A DNA stretch of 62,961 nucleotides, counting the filler, from Sluysia triapertura (Eukaryota), in assembly GCA_046118255.1 (NCBI GenBank). It is 5 parts of 5 records of this genome, joined end to end, with 100 filler letters (N's around TTAATTAATTAA, not from the genome) between each part and the next. Parts side by side here need not be neighbours in the genome. Positions count along the whole stretch, not along the records: positions 1 to 11,745 come from JBJNIA010174365.1; positions 11,846 to 23,942 come from JBJNIA010140059.1; 3 more parts are not named here. One strand, written 5' to 3'. Below, one piece after another: positions 1 through 12,989 of this stretch; position 1 is the first letter of the stretch; each line of letters begins with the position of its first letter. The notes beneath the pieces were generated by a model, which saw only the letters and a program-made list of their open reading frames with translations, was not told where the DNA came from and did not search any database. The translations under genes and the position numbers were made by a program.

Positions 1-639
1 TAATTTTAAATTCTTGGTATCTACTCCTTTCTTAGCTTGATCGGCTATGTTTTAGGATAGGTAAATTCATTGGTAATTTGTTTCTTTGATTTTTTGTTCA
101 CATCTAATGACTAACTTTTTCGTTGCAAATATTAATCCATCTTTTCCTTATTTGCCATTAATATTGACATTAATATTGTTTAGTCTTCTCATTTACGACA
201 TATCTAAATTTTCTTTACATATTTGTTTTTTGTTTAACTCTTCCAGTGCTAAAACATCTTCATTTTGATACATAAATCCTGAGATTAAATTGAATTTGAC
301 TTATTTTAAAAATATTAATGGACATTGAAATTTTTCCAATTCATAAATTATTGTTGATTCGTCAAAATCGCAATATGTTTGACCCAATTCTACAGAATGG
401 GCGTGATGTCATCCTCTTTTTTCTAAATCAAGACTTACTACATATGCTTCATGTGCAACTACGTTGTGATAAATTTTCTCTTCATATTCTATTGAATCTC
501 TTTCACATGTTCCGTCTAGTAATACATAATACTATAAATTATCTTCTAATTATTTTTAATTCTTAATTTCTCTTTCTGAGGGATTAACGGGTTGGTTAAT
601 TAACATTTCATGATTGTCCTTATGCTAGACTTCATAAAA

Positions 640-711
640 TGGACTGACCAGGGATCGAACCCGGGACCTTCGCTGCGCAGTTCGAATGCTCTACCACTGC
701 ACTATCAGCCC
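640..711 (-). tRNA. tRNA-Cys(GCA)-like pseudogene, core of a dispersed repeat (copy 1)
   Basis: Minus strand reads GGGCTGATAGTGCAGTGGTAGAGCATTCGAACTGCGCAGCGAAGGTCCCGGGTTCGATCCCTGGTCAGTCCA. It has an acceptor stem GGGCTGA/TCAGTCC, an A-box and a GGTTCGATCCC B-box. The anticodon arm is damaged relative to TTCGA-CTGCAGA-TCGAA. Flanks 626-761 are shared with the copy at 19623-19757. Confidence 0.7.
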
Positions 712-3700
712 CGTCTAACAAATTTATTTTATTATAGTTACTTTTACCAAATGGCACTTTAGGCCTTTTTACCCCAACACTTACTGCTATAATGATTGAG
801 TCTTATCCCTTTATTTCTGATATAAAAGATTATGCGTAATAATTTATTATTACTATTATTTTCTAGTAAATTTGTTAATTAAAACTAAAATTTTTGCTAA
901 ATTTTTTGTTAAAATTTAAAGTTTGCCTAAGGTCTGGCAGAACAAACAAAGAAATATCAAATTTTATAAAAGAAACTAGATAATGTTAAATTAAATTCAG
1001 GAACAAACTTTCGCTAATCAGTTGAATCACTATTACATTCAGCAACAGTTTAATATTTACTTTTATTCAATAGTTTGCCCAAAACATAAATTCATGATAT
1101 CCATTTTGCTAAGAAATCATTTATTATCTAAGATTAATTTTTTAAAACGTGTTGAATCTATTTTTATTAAATATAATGGTGCCAAAAGGTACAATTTCTT
1201 TTTTTGATGGCCTTTTAATTGATGAATTTCGATTAAGACTTAAAGTTAAATCAGAATTACAGTGTTTTAATTCGGGTTCATTAGTAACAGATATACTTGG
1301 AATTGAATCTGGAAGAACAATGATTTTATCTAAAATTCTAGCTAGAAGAAAATGTTTTATCGTAACAGAACTTTCATCATAAATTATTTTTTAATACATC
1401 ATCACAATTTTTTGGTACTGAATCTTCTTTACCTTCAGATAATGATGAAATGGAAATATAATTATTATTTGGTGTAGAATTAGAAAATAATTTATACTTG
1501 ATAATATGTTTTCATATTTGTCATTAAATCTTGAATTTTATTACATAATTCACTCTTATTAATTTGGAAATCATTATTAACTCCTTTTAAAAGTTTTAAT
1601 TTCCTTAGCTTCAGTTTCTGTCTGCAGGTTTCTATTTAAATCCATTATATAATCATATTTTTCTTCATAGTAATCTTCATTATCATTAATAATTATTATC
1701 ATTATTATTATCAATATCTTTTTATGTTCATTCTTATACTTAGGTTTTTCCTCAATACCATTATCATCTGCCAATACTTCCTTCAAAAGTATTATGTTTC
1801 AACATTGATAACTTCATAATTCTAATTATCTATTGGCCTCTATGAACAAAATTATCACATAGTTACTGCTCACCGAAGGATAATCATTAATTTTCTATAA
1901 TAAAAATACAATTCCATGTGCATCATGGACGAATAATATCTTTCACAATTGAAGCTATTGGAAGTTCCATTGTAATATTTAATGCATTGTTAATAATTAT
2001 TTTAATTTTCATTGCATCTTTTCTCTTTCTTTTTGTCCCATATTTCTTAATAATGCTTTTTCTTAATAATTATTATATAAACTATCCTCTTTATTTAAAG
2101 TCGCTAATGTTAACTTAATATGATGTCAATGTTCTAAACTCAATTCCAATTTAAATAAATCATCTAAATTTTCATTTACTTTGTTAGCATTAGATAAAAC
2201 TAATAAAAATTCTTCAGCTTTATGGCTTGCTTCTGTAACTTTTAATTCATGGTTGTCCTAAAACAATTGCGATTTCTTTTTTAAATTCCTGTTGATAACT
2301 CCTTATTAATAAACTATTCTTCATATATTTCCGTGTCTTCATGGGCAGCGAAATATATTTATTCATCCGAATCTAAATCCATTTCTTCTGTTTCTATTTC
2401 TATTTCTGTTTCATTATTTTTACTTATGGCATATTCGATATTCGTTTCTACAACTTGATTATTCCTTAAATTTATTTCTTCATTAATATCCACATTTATT
2501 ACTTTGCCATTTATTTCATTATTATAACTACTTTATTCGATTCCTTTGTTACTTGCTTCACCTTCGTTTATGCTACTAAGTTAAGTATTTGAATCTGTTT
2601 CTTATTTATTACTGATTTCTTCTGTTGTGAATCAAGTTCCTTATTAACCTTATTACTAGATCCGGGATCATTTCTGCTCTGGTTCCTTTACCTTCTCAAT
2701 AATCTTTTTTCCTCATTTCTTATGCCTTCTCTTCAGACTTCGTTTCTTTTGGTTGACTCAATATTTCTCAATCGGTTGAACTGATAATCGACTTTCTCCT
2801 AGCTCTTTTATTCTAGTTATCATATAACTCATAATTATATTACATTCGTCACAAAAATTAATCATATATAATATAAAAAATTTACACAATTTATAAAATT
2901 TATATAATATATAAAATATATAATAATTTATACATAATTAAAACCTTGTTCTAAAAAATGTTTTTTTTTCAAAAATTGGTAATTTTTGTTATGCGCTTGA
3001 GCGCCTTCATAGAATTTTCACTATTATCCTTAAAGATCTTAAAGTTTATTTCAAAAACTAAAATAATTGATTATTTCATAATAATAAATACCTAAAGTAC
3101 TTTTCTAAAATAATAATTATTATATTATTAATATTAAAATTATTATTACATTTTAACTACAAAAATTATATTAAATTATTATTAGTAGATTATTCTTGTT
3201 ATTTTTATTAGAATAAAACTGTGCTTTATTAGATTGAAATTTACCGTAATATCTAACAAAAAAATTTCCAATTTACTAACACCAAATCCAAATTTAATAC
3301 AATAAACACAATTTAATAACCAAAATTTAATATAGAGCAATCAACCAATAAAACATGTGAGTGTGATAAACTCAGGAGTAGTTTAATGTGGTCACATCTA
3401 TCTATTAACATTTTTAAGTCGCTATTTGTAACCCGAAACAGAGTAAATATATCATCATAATTTGTTAGAAATTTCGGTTTATATCAAATAATATATATTA
3501 TTAATATCATTTCGCTTTTTGAATTAAACATAAATAAACTCATCATTCGCCATCATTTCTTGGTGGGGTAAAGATTTTTAGTACGGATATTGTATGGCTT
3601 TTACACTTATTATTGTCTTCATTAATTGGATTTTACTTTTTGGCACTTAATACCGGAAAAGCACAAATTTCATTTTATATAACTATTTCTGTATGTTTTT

Positions 3701-3885
3701 CTCAAATTAAGGTCCAAAAGTCAAAAATAGAATCCCATGTACACCTTCAAAATCGTATATTTTAGGTTTATCACTCACTAACGTTTCAGTTTATAATATT
3801 AGAAAAAGTAATTGAAATAATTTTGTTAAAGCTTAGGGTTATTATCACTTTTTATTGAAATTTTCTAAATTTATCCATTATTTTT

Positions 3886-4290
3886 TTATATTATATTTTT
3901 ATTAATATGTAACCAAACTAACACTTTAGGTATAATCGATTTGCTTAAGCTGGCTGCTATTACAGCACCTAAAATTTGTGCTACGCAATAAAACAAAAAC
4001 CGAAATAAACTAATTCTGCGTGCCACTAACAGTCCAAAACTAACAGCAGGATTTATATGGCCACCACTGATCGGACCTGTAATGTAAATAGCTAAAGCAC
4101 CGCTAAATCCAAAAGCTGAAGCCGCTTTAAGTAAAGTTAATGAATCATCATACAAAGAACATAATCCAAAGTAAACTAAAATAAAAGTTCCTATAAATTC
4201 CGCAATTAATGATTGAAATAAATTAAATTTTTTCATATCATTAATACTGCTTCTTAAACGCAAAATATCTATTAGATTAGTTTGAGGCAT
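3886..4290 (-). CDS. aquaporin (MIP family), N-terminal half; first exon or truncated copy
   Basis: ORF has AEFIGTFILVYFG (TM1), AFG in TM2, ISGGHINPAVSFG (first NPA box) and YCVAQILGAVIAA (TM3). No second NPA half was found downstream in the window. Confidence 0.85.
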   Translation of the reverse strand: MPQTNLIDILRLRSSINDMKKFNLFQSLIAEFIGTFILVYFGLCSLYDDSLTLLKAASAFGFSGALAIYITGPISGGHINPAVSFGLLVARRISLFRFLFYCVAQILGAVIAASLSKSIIPKVLVWLHINKNII

Positions 4291-5989
4291 CGTTTGGTAT
4301 TTTATTTTATTCTAAATAGAAATAAAATTTTACATTTATATATATATATATACATACTTTGGCTAAGATTGAAATGATAGCTGAAACAACCAATCAAATT
4401 TTACCAGATTTTTAAAATCAATCGAATTTCATAAGAGAAAGTCCAACAATTCTGTGATATTTTTGATTAGATTACATTAAATTTTTAATTTGATAATTTG
4501 TTTTATTATTTTCATATAAACTTAAATAAAGACAATATCATTCTAAATGTTGTTTGAAATAAATTACAGTAATTTTATTTGAACTGAATTTAGAGTTTAA
4601 AATTTGTAATAAGTTTCAATGCGAATTATCATGTTTTTTTATTTTATAATGAAATAAAATTTATCATTTTGTTAATCTTAAAAGTAACATATTTTACTAG
4701 TATTTTATTGATTTTAAATTTAGAAATAAGGTCTGTCTTAGAAAGTTTATGTTTACACGTTTGTATAATTTCTAATAATTACAATAACAATATGTTGACA
4801 GAAATTTAATAATGTTATTACACAAAGACTTAGCTACTAAATTACGATTATGAAAAACATTAATTGGACATTTGAATCAATTTTCTTATAACTGACATTT
4901 ATACCTGCAAATAATAAAGTAAGACACAAAAATAATTTTTTTACAAAAATTCATTTCTCAAATAAAAAATGGGGTAATGAGTTGTCATCATAATAAAGAT
5001 TTGATAGTCAAGATAGATTACTTCATTCTGTGCCTCTGTCACCGAAAGTTTCTAGAAAGTATTGGCAATACAAGACAACTAATCATTCGTTCTAAATTTG
5101 TACGAGTTTGATATCCAGCAACAATTTTTGAATTACAGATAGGGTAGTTGATGGTCAAAGTTTTGAGATAGCAAAGGTAATTGGCATACTATAATAAATC
5201 ACTAAATAATTCTTTTGATTGATTTGAATCGTTTAATTTAAAATAATCAACCCGCTGACCAGTTGCGCGACTTTGATCGTTTAACAAACATTCACCAAAT
5301 GCGGAGAACTATTTGGTGGATTTTTGTAAACATCTTAACAATAGTGACTCGAGTGTATCATATACATAAACTTTAAAGAATTATTGTGGTTTTACTAACA
5401 CTTAACATAAGGCAAAATATTTTTGAGCAGGGTCCGGTTACAGTAAACGTCTTATGTCGTAAAGAGGACGATTTTGTAACAATAAGTTATTAACTGCCTA
5501 CAAAGTAATTACTTTATTTAATAAATTTAATGCTAGGTCTAAAAAACTTAATAAATCAGGACTTAAAATTGTATACAATAAATGAAATCAAAAAAGGGTG
5601 AATTTACAAAACTTTTATTACTAATATTACAAAAATTTAAATAATACAAAGAGCTTGTAAAGTTCGGAGAAAACATGGTTAATATAGGTTAAGATAGGTT
5701 AAATTTTATTAAAGTTAAAACTAATAAGTAGTCTTTAACTTTCAAATAATAATTTAACCTGTATTTTAACCCTCAATATATCGGGGAAACCTTACACGTG
5801 TATTTTATGATATTAATTCCCTTATTATATTAATATCCACTTAATAAAAATAAATTAATTGAATCATGGAATGAATCGAAGAATGTCCACAAATTGAGCC
5901 GAATACACAGCAATCCACAATGGCGACGAATACAAAATTTAAAATAAAGACGATTACAAAATGGCGATTTTCATTGTACTGACGCTAAT

Positions 5990-6262
5990 TTATATACTAA
6001 TCATCATCCAATGAAAATCGATGGAATGTTCTAAAACATTCTAGAAGCTTCTATTCTATTTTTAGGAGTTAATTTTCTTTAGGAAATTTTATTTTCTTTT
6101 TTGGAAAAAATAATTTCTTTTTTGAAAAATAAATTTCTTTTTTGGATATAGTATTTTTAAAGTAATTTTAAAGATTTCTAAAGCATTTTAATTGATTTTT
6201 AAATAATTTTAACGTGTTTTTATGATTTTAATGGGTTGTCTTCAAGTTTTGTGGCAATGTCA
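5990..6262. repeat. dispersed repeat, LTR-like, homologous to 9900-10052
   Basis: Shares TTATATACTA, AACATTCTAGAAGCTTCTATTCTATTTTTAG and a GGCAAT..CA end with 9900-10052. Both copies end in CA on the plus strand, as LTR termini do. Confidence 0.5.
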
Positions 6263-6514
6263 AATTTAACTTTTGTGAACTACTAATTTTAGTAATTCAT
6301 TTATACAATCAGAGAAGACAACTTTTTACATTGTCATATTTTAATTTTAGTGAGCTATTTTGTAATTTGTGACTTGTGGTTGCTGTTATTGTTGTTGATG
6401 ATGATGTAAGAGATTTAAATTATTAGAAACATGCGAAGATGAAATACCAAAATTAGTCGCGAAACTTGACAACAGATGTTGCTATCTATGTCCGATTCAA
6501 CCTTGTTCTCGGAT

Positions 6515-7520
6515 CTATATTTGACGACTGTTGTGAATTTTGTGGTATTGTTGCTGAACAGATACTACATTAGATATATAGTTTGAAAGAACAGGTAAAT
6601 TCTTTTGTTGACTATGTGCTACAGTTGCTACAACAGGTCGTTTTATTGTAGAATTTGAATGTTGTTTAACAAACGGTTGAAAAAGATCAGAACTACTAGT
6701 ATTGTTACTTAAAGGTGACGATGATATAACAGATGTACCACTAATGTTATTATTGAATGGTGATGAACGCGGATTATTAGCGGCCACCGGCTGAATCATT
6801 TGACTGATAGCAGGAGATGAGATTGAATTCTTGTGTTAGTTATTGAAATTGAATGAAGAATCAATAATGAGGATGTATAGTTTTGTGCACCGGAAGAATG
6901 TGAATAAACTGTATCTGATGATGGAATCGGTATGACTGTAACTGTTGTTTTATTTTTAACAATGCAATTCCACGTGATGACAATGACGAGATTATCTCGT
7001 CAGAATTTGTTGTCAAAACTTTAATTTCTAAATTTGGATTAGAGCCTATTACTTTATCTTGACCAACTTTGCTTGAATAAGCTTTATTAGCAACTTCACT
7101 AGTAGTCTTTTTTGAATTATGACTAGTTGAATCTAACCAACACGTAGTACCTAAACGTATTGGCGCAAATGGAGTAATAACTATATCAGACTTTTGTGAA
7201 AAGACCTGAAGACATTGTCCACACATACATTCGCCACTTGTGTACTCTCGATTTTCAATAGACATTTCCGCTGCTAATTGCATATTCCATTGGCCAAGCA
7301 AATTATAGTCACAATGCAAACATAAGGGAAATTCATGGTATTATCACGCACCTTTTGCAAAAATGAAAAAAAATGGTACATCCGGTTTGTTTGAATAATA
7401 TTCAGAACTAACTATCTTCAGAGTAATCGTACCTCTTAATTCACATAGACAAATATGAAAATTAGCTATAATAGGACCTTGTTGTGAGTTAGATATTGCT
7501 GAACTAAGAGTTGCAGTTGA
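6515..7520 (-). pseudogene. decayed gene with Cys motif (PFF..GA..CLHC..L..QW..REY) and Ser/Asn-rich tail
   Basis: Minus frame reads ICLCELRG..NKPDVPFFFIFAKGA**YHEFPLCLHCDYNLLGQWNMQ..ENREY. It has two in-frame stops near 7345 and frameshifts between ORFs 6861-7319 and 6515-6799. Family assignment is uncertain. Confidence 0.5.
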
Positions 7521-9007
7521 TAGTTTAGTGATGGAATGATACGTTTCAGGGACAGAAATTAATTTATAGGTTACATTTCTTTGTGATTATTTAAAATATT
7601 TGAAGTGTTAGTTATTTTGATTTTATCATTTGATTACTATTAATAGAAAAGAATTTGTTATTGGAATAAGGATTTTAAGAATTACAATTATTATTATTAT
7701 TACAATTACTACAATTAATATTACAAATATTAATATTTTTTATAATATTTTAATATAAAGACGCAACATTATTATTATCATAATTATAATTACCTAATCA
7801 TAATTACATAAATTGTAGCCTTTTTTCTCCTAAAACCATAAATTCTTTATTTTGTAAATTATTCGAATTTTCTTATGTGCTGGCACTATATTCGATTAAT
7901 TCGGTTAGAGCTTTGACTTCACGAGCTAAATCTTTTTAGCTTTTCGTATTCTTTCAGGTGCTGATATTTCTGCTTCAAATTCTCTGGTGATTTCACTTGA
8001 CGCATGTGGATTGGCAATTTCATTACTTGCTTTTTTGATATTGACGCTTAATTCATTTTCTTGGCATTACTATAATTTAAGCATTTCTTGTCTATGATTA
8101 TCAGATACTTGTGCTGCTTAAACTTCAATGCCTTTATTGTAATTTCCTTCTCTTGTAATTGTACTGGAGAATATTTGTCCTACTGGTATATGTGAAGGGT
8201 AAATTAAAAAATAGATTATCTCTCTGAATTGCTGTGAAACGATTGCCGCTTCGTTTGATTTTCAAGAACGTGTATCAGTTTAATGACTAAAATAAAACTA
8301 ATGCCTTATTCTACATAATGTTTCGCTGAAGCATTGGAATATTGAAACCTTCAATATTTGAAATTGCTTGTTTCATTTCATTGAAACTATTGTTCCTGGA
8401 CTATCGTTATTCTGTTCAAATTATATTCAGTTTCTTTTTGTATATTCAGTTAATTTTGTACAATTTACTTCGACCTTATATATTATAAATTGACCAACTG
8501 TATTTGCTGAGATTACATTCATAAACCATCACCGAGTTTCATAGCTTCGCGAACCACATAATCTACTTTTTAATCACATTATTCATTTCTCAATGATATT
8601 GAGGTTCCTAATGTTTTTCGTCATTTAATTTCATAAGAATCGCATACATGATATTTTATTTTTCAGCCAAATGTTTAACTTTTTTTATTCGCTTCTTCTA
8701 ATTTATGACGATCTAACTTTAGTTGCTTTTTTACTGCTTTTAAATTCTTCTGTTGAAATTTTGTTTTTTTATTTACATTGAAAGAATAATTTCGTCAGAA
8801 TTTTAAAACTCAAATATTAACACTTAAAGCGCCGGCACCGCTTGAACATCGGTTTTATAGAAAAATTTATAGAAGCAAAAAATTCTAAAAAAGTTTATTT
8901 ATTTATTAAAATCGTGTTGAAATTTGATAAAAGATGTATTTGGGAACTTTTTCATTTTATATATAAAAATGCATGCGCCTTCATATATCGATAAAATATA
9001 TCACATA

Positions 9008-9695
9008 TCATCTCCAGTAATGTTAGTTAAAAAGAAATATAGAACAATGAGATTTTTACAGACTTTAGAGAATTAAATAAAATATTAAGAAAAAACTTCT
9101 TTCCCCTATCAAGAATGAAAGAAATTTTAAATAAATTAGGAAATGTTAAACATTTTACGAATCTTGATTTGAAAAGTTGGTATTGGCAAATAAAGATTGC
9201 TTAAAATGAAAACCATAAAACAGAGTTCACTTGTGACGATGAACTATATGAATGTGAAAAAAGGCCAATTGGATTAACCGGTATCCTTGCAACTTTGCGG
9301 CGATATATAAATTTCGTTTTATCAGGCTGTAAATGTGTTGATTTAATAATAGATGATTTAATAAATTCTTCAAAAAACTTTGAAATTCATGTAAAATACA
9401 TTGATAACATCTTTAAAAATTTAGAAGTCACTAGGCTAAAAATAAAACCTACAAGATGCGTTTTTGGCAGAAGAACAGGTTGACTTTTTAAAATACACGG
9501 TGTCAAAGGATGACATTAAACCAAACCTTAGAAACATCGAAAAAGTACTCAAAATTTCACAGCCTGATAATGTAAAAGCTTCTTTTAATTAGCTTCTTGT
9601 AAGAGATTCTTAGGTTTAGCAAGTTATTGTATAAGGTTTGTTAAAGATTTTGCTAAAATAACGCAACTTCTTAGATGGAACGAGGAACAAACTGC
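9008..9695 (+). mobile_element. Ty3/gypsy reverse transcriptase relic
   Basis: Across stops and frameshifts: SPVMLVKK, DFRELNK..FFPLSRM, LDLKSWYWQI, IIDDLI (decayed YxDD), KPTRCVFG, VDFLKY and RFLGLASYC.RFVKDFAKI. This is the canonical gypsy RT-to-connection order. Confidence 0.9.
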
Positions 9696-9899
9696 AGTGG
9701 ACTTTAAGATTACAATAGTAAAGATTGAAATACTTTAAAATAATAAAACTCACTAAAATCAAATAAATAATCCTCGATAAATTAATTTCCACTGTGTCAA
9801 ATTGAATTTAACCAAGTAACTCGAACCACCAAGAATTAGAAAACAGGATGGCGTCAGAAAAATATATAAAATTATGTGACCAAATTGAACTAATGTTAG

Positions 9900-10052
9900 T
9901 TTATATACTAGAACATTCTAGAAGCTTCTATTCTATTTTTAGAAGCTAATTTTCTTTTTTGGAAAAATAAATATTTTTGGTGATTTAGAAGCTTTAAAAG
10001 ATTTTTAAAATGATTTTAGAGTTTTGTAGTGATATTTTGCACACTTTAGAGG
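9900..10052. repeat. dispersed repeat, LTR-like, homologous to 5990-6262
   Basis: See the 5990-6262 copy. It lies just 3' of the truncated gypsy RT. Confidence 0.5.
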
Positions 10053-11745
10053 ATCGTGATGGCAATCTAACAATTGCAAACGATATCAAAATCTGTTAAA
10101 TTAAATCGAGATTGAAAATAAACTTTTATTGATAAAAATGTTTATAAAAATTAAATTAAAATACTAAAATCAAAACTATTTTATGGCCTTTTATGTTTTA
10201 TTTGGTAGCTATATATAGTTTTATTTTTACATTTAATTTTTTAGTAATATTTTTGGTGAGTAAATTCTTAATGAATTATTAATTTATTTTTTACTTGATT
10301 TTAATCTAATAATAATTACTTACGACTCAAAAAAAAATCCCATTTACCTACATCAAAAGTCGATTCCTAGTCTAAAAAGACTTAGTTCCAATAAGAACTT
10401 ACAACAAACTTACAAAATAATCTATTGAATCACTATTCAAGAAATAAATCAAACACATATCTTGTCATTACCAATTAGAACCAAAAAAATCATTATTCAC
10501 TAATTCAACTGAAAAATATCCAAAGAATTAACAAAATCAAAATTAAAGAATATGATATTCAATTTAGAAGAACATAACCATATAAATGATACCTCCAAGT
10601 ATTGAGTACCTTACATTTAATTATAATTCTTTAAAATAAATCTAACAAAGGTAAAACTTCTTATAAGATCATTAGGATCAAAAATTTTACGATATTTTAA
10701 AGAACTAAATAACTAAAATAAAGAAAATAAGTAATAAAAATTTAATGAAATAAAATAAATCGTCAATTAAGTCATAATCACATTACTGTTTAACCATGAC
10801 TGTGTAATAATAATGCTATTAGAAATAACAAAATTTTTCATAATTTTAATTACATCAGGTTTTATAAAGTATAGTGGTCACATTAAATTCAAAGTTTTTT
10901 ACTGATTAATTTTTTTCTATTTATTAATATTTGTCTTTTTTCGTATTGTTTGGAAATTTTTGGAAGCTAATTACTAATGAGTAGATGAATGAAAGATGAA
11001 TGAAAATACACCAAAGAATAAAAAAGTATTTAGAAACCAAGATGGGATGTCGAAAAAAATTTCTTAGTGCCAGCCGTAGCAACAGTTTTGTTATCACTTT
11101 CACACAAATTTATACATAAATTCGTACCTAAAATTATACTTAACTCAAACATAAAATGTTCTCAATACATTGCCATCTCAGTTCACTCAATATAAACTAT
11201 AGGCCTTACAATAAATTACGTCCTAGTTTCCAACATTAAAATGTATTACCATTCATACACAAACTTGTCTTACACCAAATCCACTTTACACATTACCAAT
11301 TCATTACATCCAATATAAATTACAAAATATAAAATTTCACAATAAAATTTACTGTATTAAAATTGTAATAATTAATTATTCTAACATCGACTCTTACCCT
11401 CAGTACCAATCATCGTTGACTTTCGTGTTAATTCTGTAATCTAATTTTGTAATATGTTTTCACTTTTAATCTCAGATGTCATATAATAAGATGTAATTAT
11501 CTAATATCTAATTATGTAATTAATATCTAATACATAATAAATGATGAGGCGTGTGGTGAAGGTACTGTAAAGTTATTTGTGGATCAGCAACATCTAAAAT
11601 TATGATAATAATATAATAATTAATAATAATAATAACAATAATTATTATTATAATTATGAAAAATTAATAAAAAAACAAATAACCTTAACCTGATTTGATT
11701 AACTAAATAAATAAGAATTAATTATTAAGCAAATAAAACTCACTT

Positions 11746-11845
11746 NNNNNNNNNNNNNNNNNNNNNNNNNNNNNNNNNNNNNNNNNNNNTTAATTAATTA
11801 ANNNNNNNNNNNNNNNNNNNNNNNNNNNNNNNNNNNNNNNNNNNN
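11746..11845. other. artificial contig linker
   Basis: N44-TTAATTAATTAA-N44, 100 nt, with stops in all six frames. It is identical at four positions. Confidence 0.98.
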
Positions 11846-12289
11846 AACAGTATTGCTGATTGTTATTTTAATGTGAGAAGTAATTTAAGTAAAAATAGAC
11901 TGAGTAGAGTAAAAGGAAATGACAGTTGATAATAAATCAGATTTCTATGTTTTGTACCTAATAAAGTTTGACAGACCGTACCTTATAGTTGTCAGAGTTG
12001 TTATTTTCGGTCTGATTCTCAAAGATGTTTGGATGATTTGTGTGAGAGAATGTTTGGTTGTGCAATTGTGAATTGATTGAATGATGAGAAAGTATAAAAT
12101 AAAGATTTCAAAATTTTTAGAACACAATAACAAAATAACAACAATGACAATGATGATTATATATATGAAAATCCCTGCTTAGGGTAAAGTTTTTCATTTT
12201 TATTTATTTATTATTTTATTAAAATAATCTAAGTAGTTAATGTTTTTCAATTTGAATAGTTTTAATATTGCGTCATTTTTAGTTCATTT

Positions 12290-12500
12290 TTAAGTTATTT
12301 TTAAGGTGGATTGATAAGAGTATCCCTACGCAATTTTTGTTAAGATTTTATTTGATTTTTATCTATTTTTAAGGTAATTAATTGAGAAACAGTTAACGCA
12401 ATTTTTGTTGAAGATTATATTTAAACTGTATTTGATTTTCAGTTAATTTTAAGGCGAATTGAATAGAAACTCCCTAAGCAATTTATTCTATCAAAATATT
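12290..12500. repeat. internally repetitive dispersed repeat (three ~70-80-bp subunits), inverted copy at 52150-52365
   Basis: TTTTAAGG..ATTGA..AG....CGCAATTTTTGTT(G)AAGATT..ATTTGATTTT subunits. Their reverse complement (CCTTAAAAATAACTGAAAATCAAAT) occurs three times at 52150-52365. Confidence 0.7.
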
Positions 12501-12989
12501 AAGTATTTTATCTCTTGAGATTACTGTTACGTTTTTCTTTAAAGTTAATATAACCAAAGGATTTTATTGAAATCGTGATCACTCTTTGTTACGTTGACCT
12601 AAAATATTTAAATAACATAATTACTATTAATTTTCTAGATATTCTTATTGTTAGTGTCTGTTAGGTCACTCCTGGTTGTTTTATCTTAATTAGATTGTAA
12701 TATCTTTGATTTTATTATAAACGCTATTGTTGTTTTTGTCGTTTTAGTGATTCTTAGCATTTAGTAAAGATTTTATTGATAATAAATTATATTACGAATT
12801 TTTGTTTAATAGTACATCATTGTCTTAGTTTTGATATGATTTTCAAGAACTTAAATTTGGTATAATAGTTATTAATATTATAAAAGAATAAAACTGTAGA
12901 AATATATTCGATATACTGACTATTTAAAATGTTAAGGTTCCTTTAAGCTAACAAAATTGATATTGAGTCATAATTGCTAGTAATTTTAA

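Noticed and set aside
1-2830. Plus-strand hydrophobic ORFs (86, 318, 1022, 1149, 1918)
   Set aside because: They look like antisense shadows of decayed, Glu/Lys/Asn-rich minus-strand coding relics with many stops. No family could be assigned.
7800-8750. Possible gag relic on the minus strand (also 15600-16060 and 46550-47200)
   Set aside because: Coding-like but too degraded. No diagnostic motif such as a zinc knuckle was seen.
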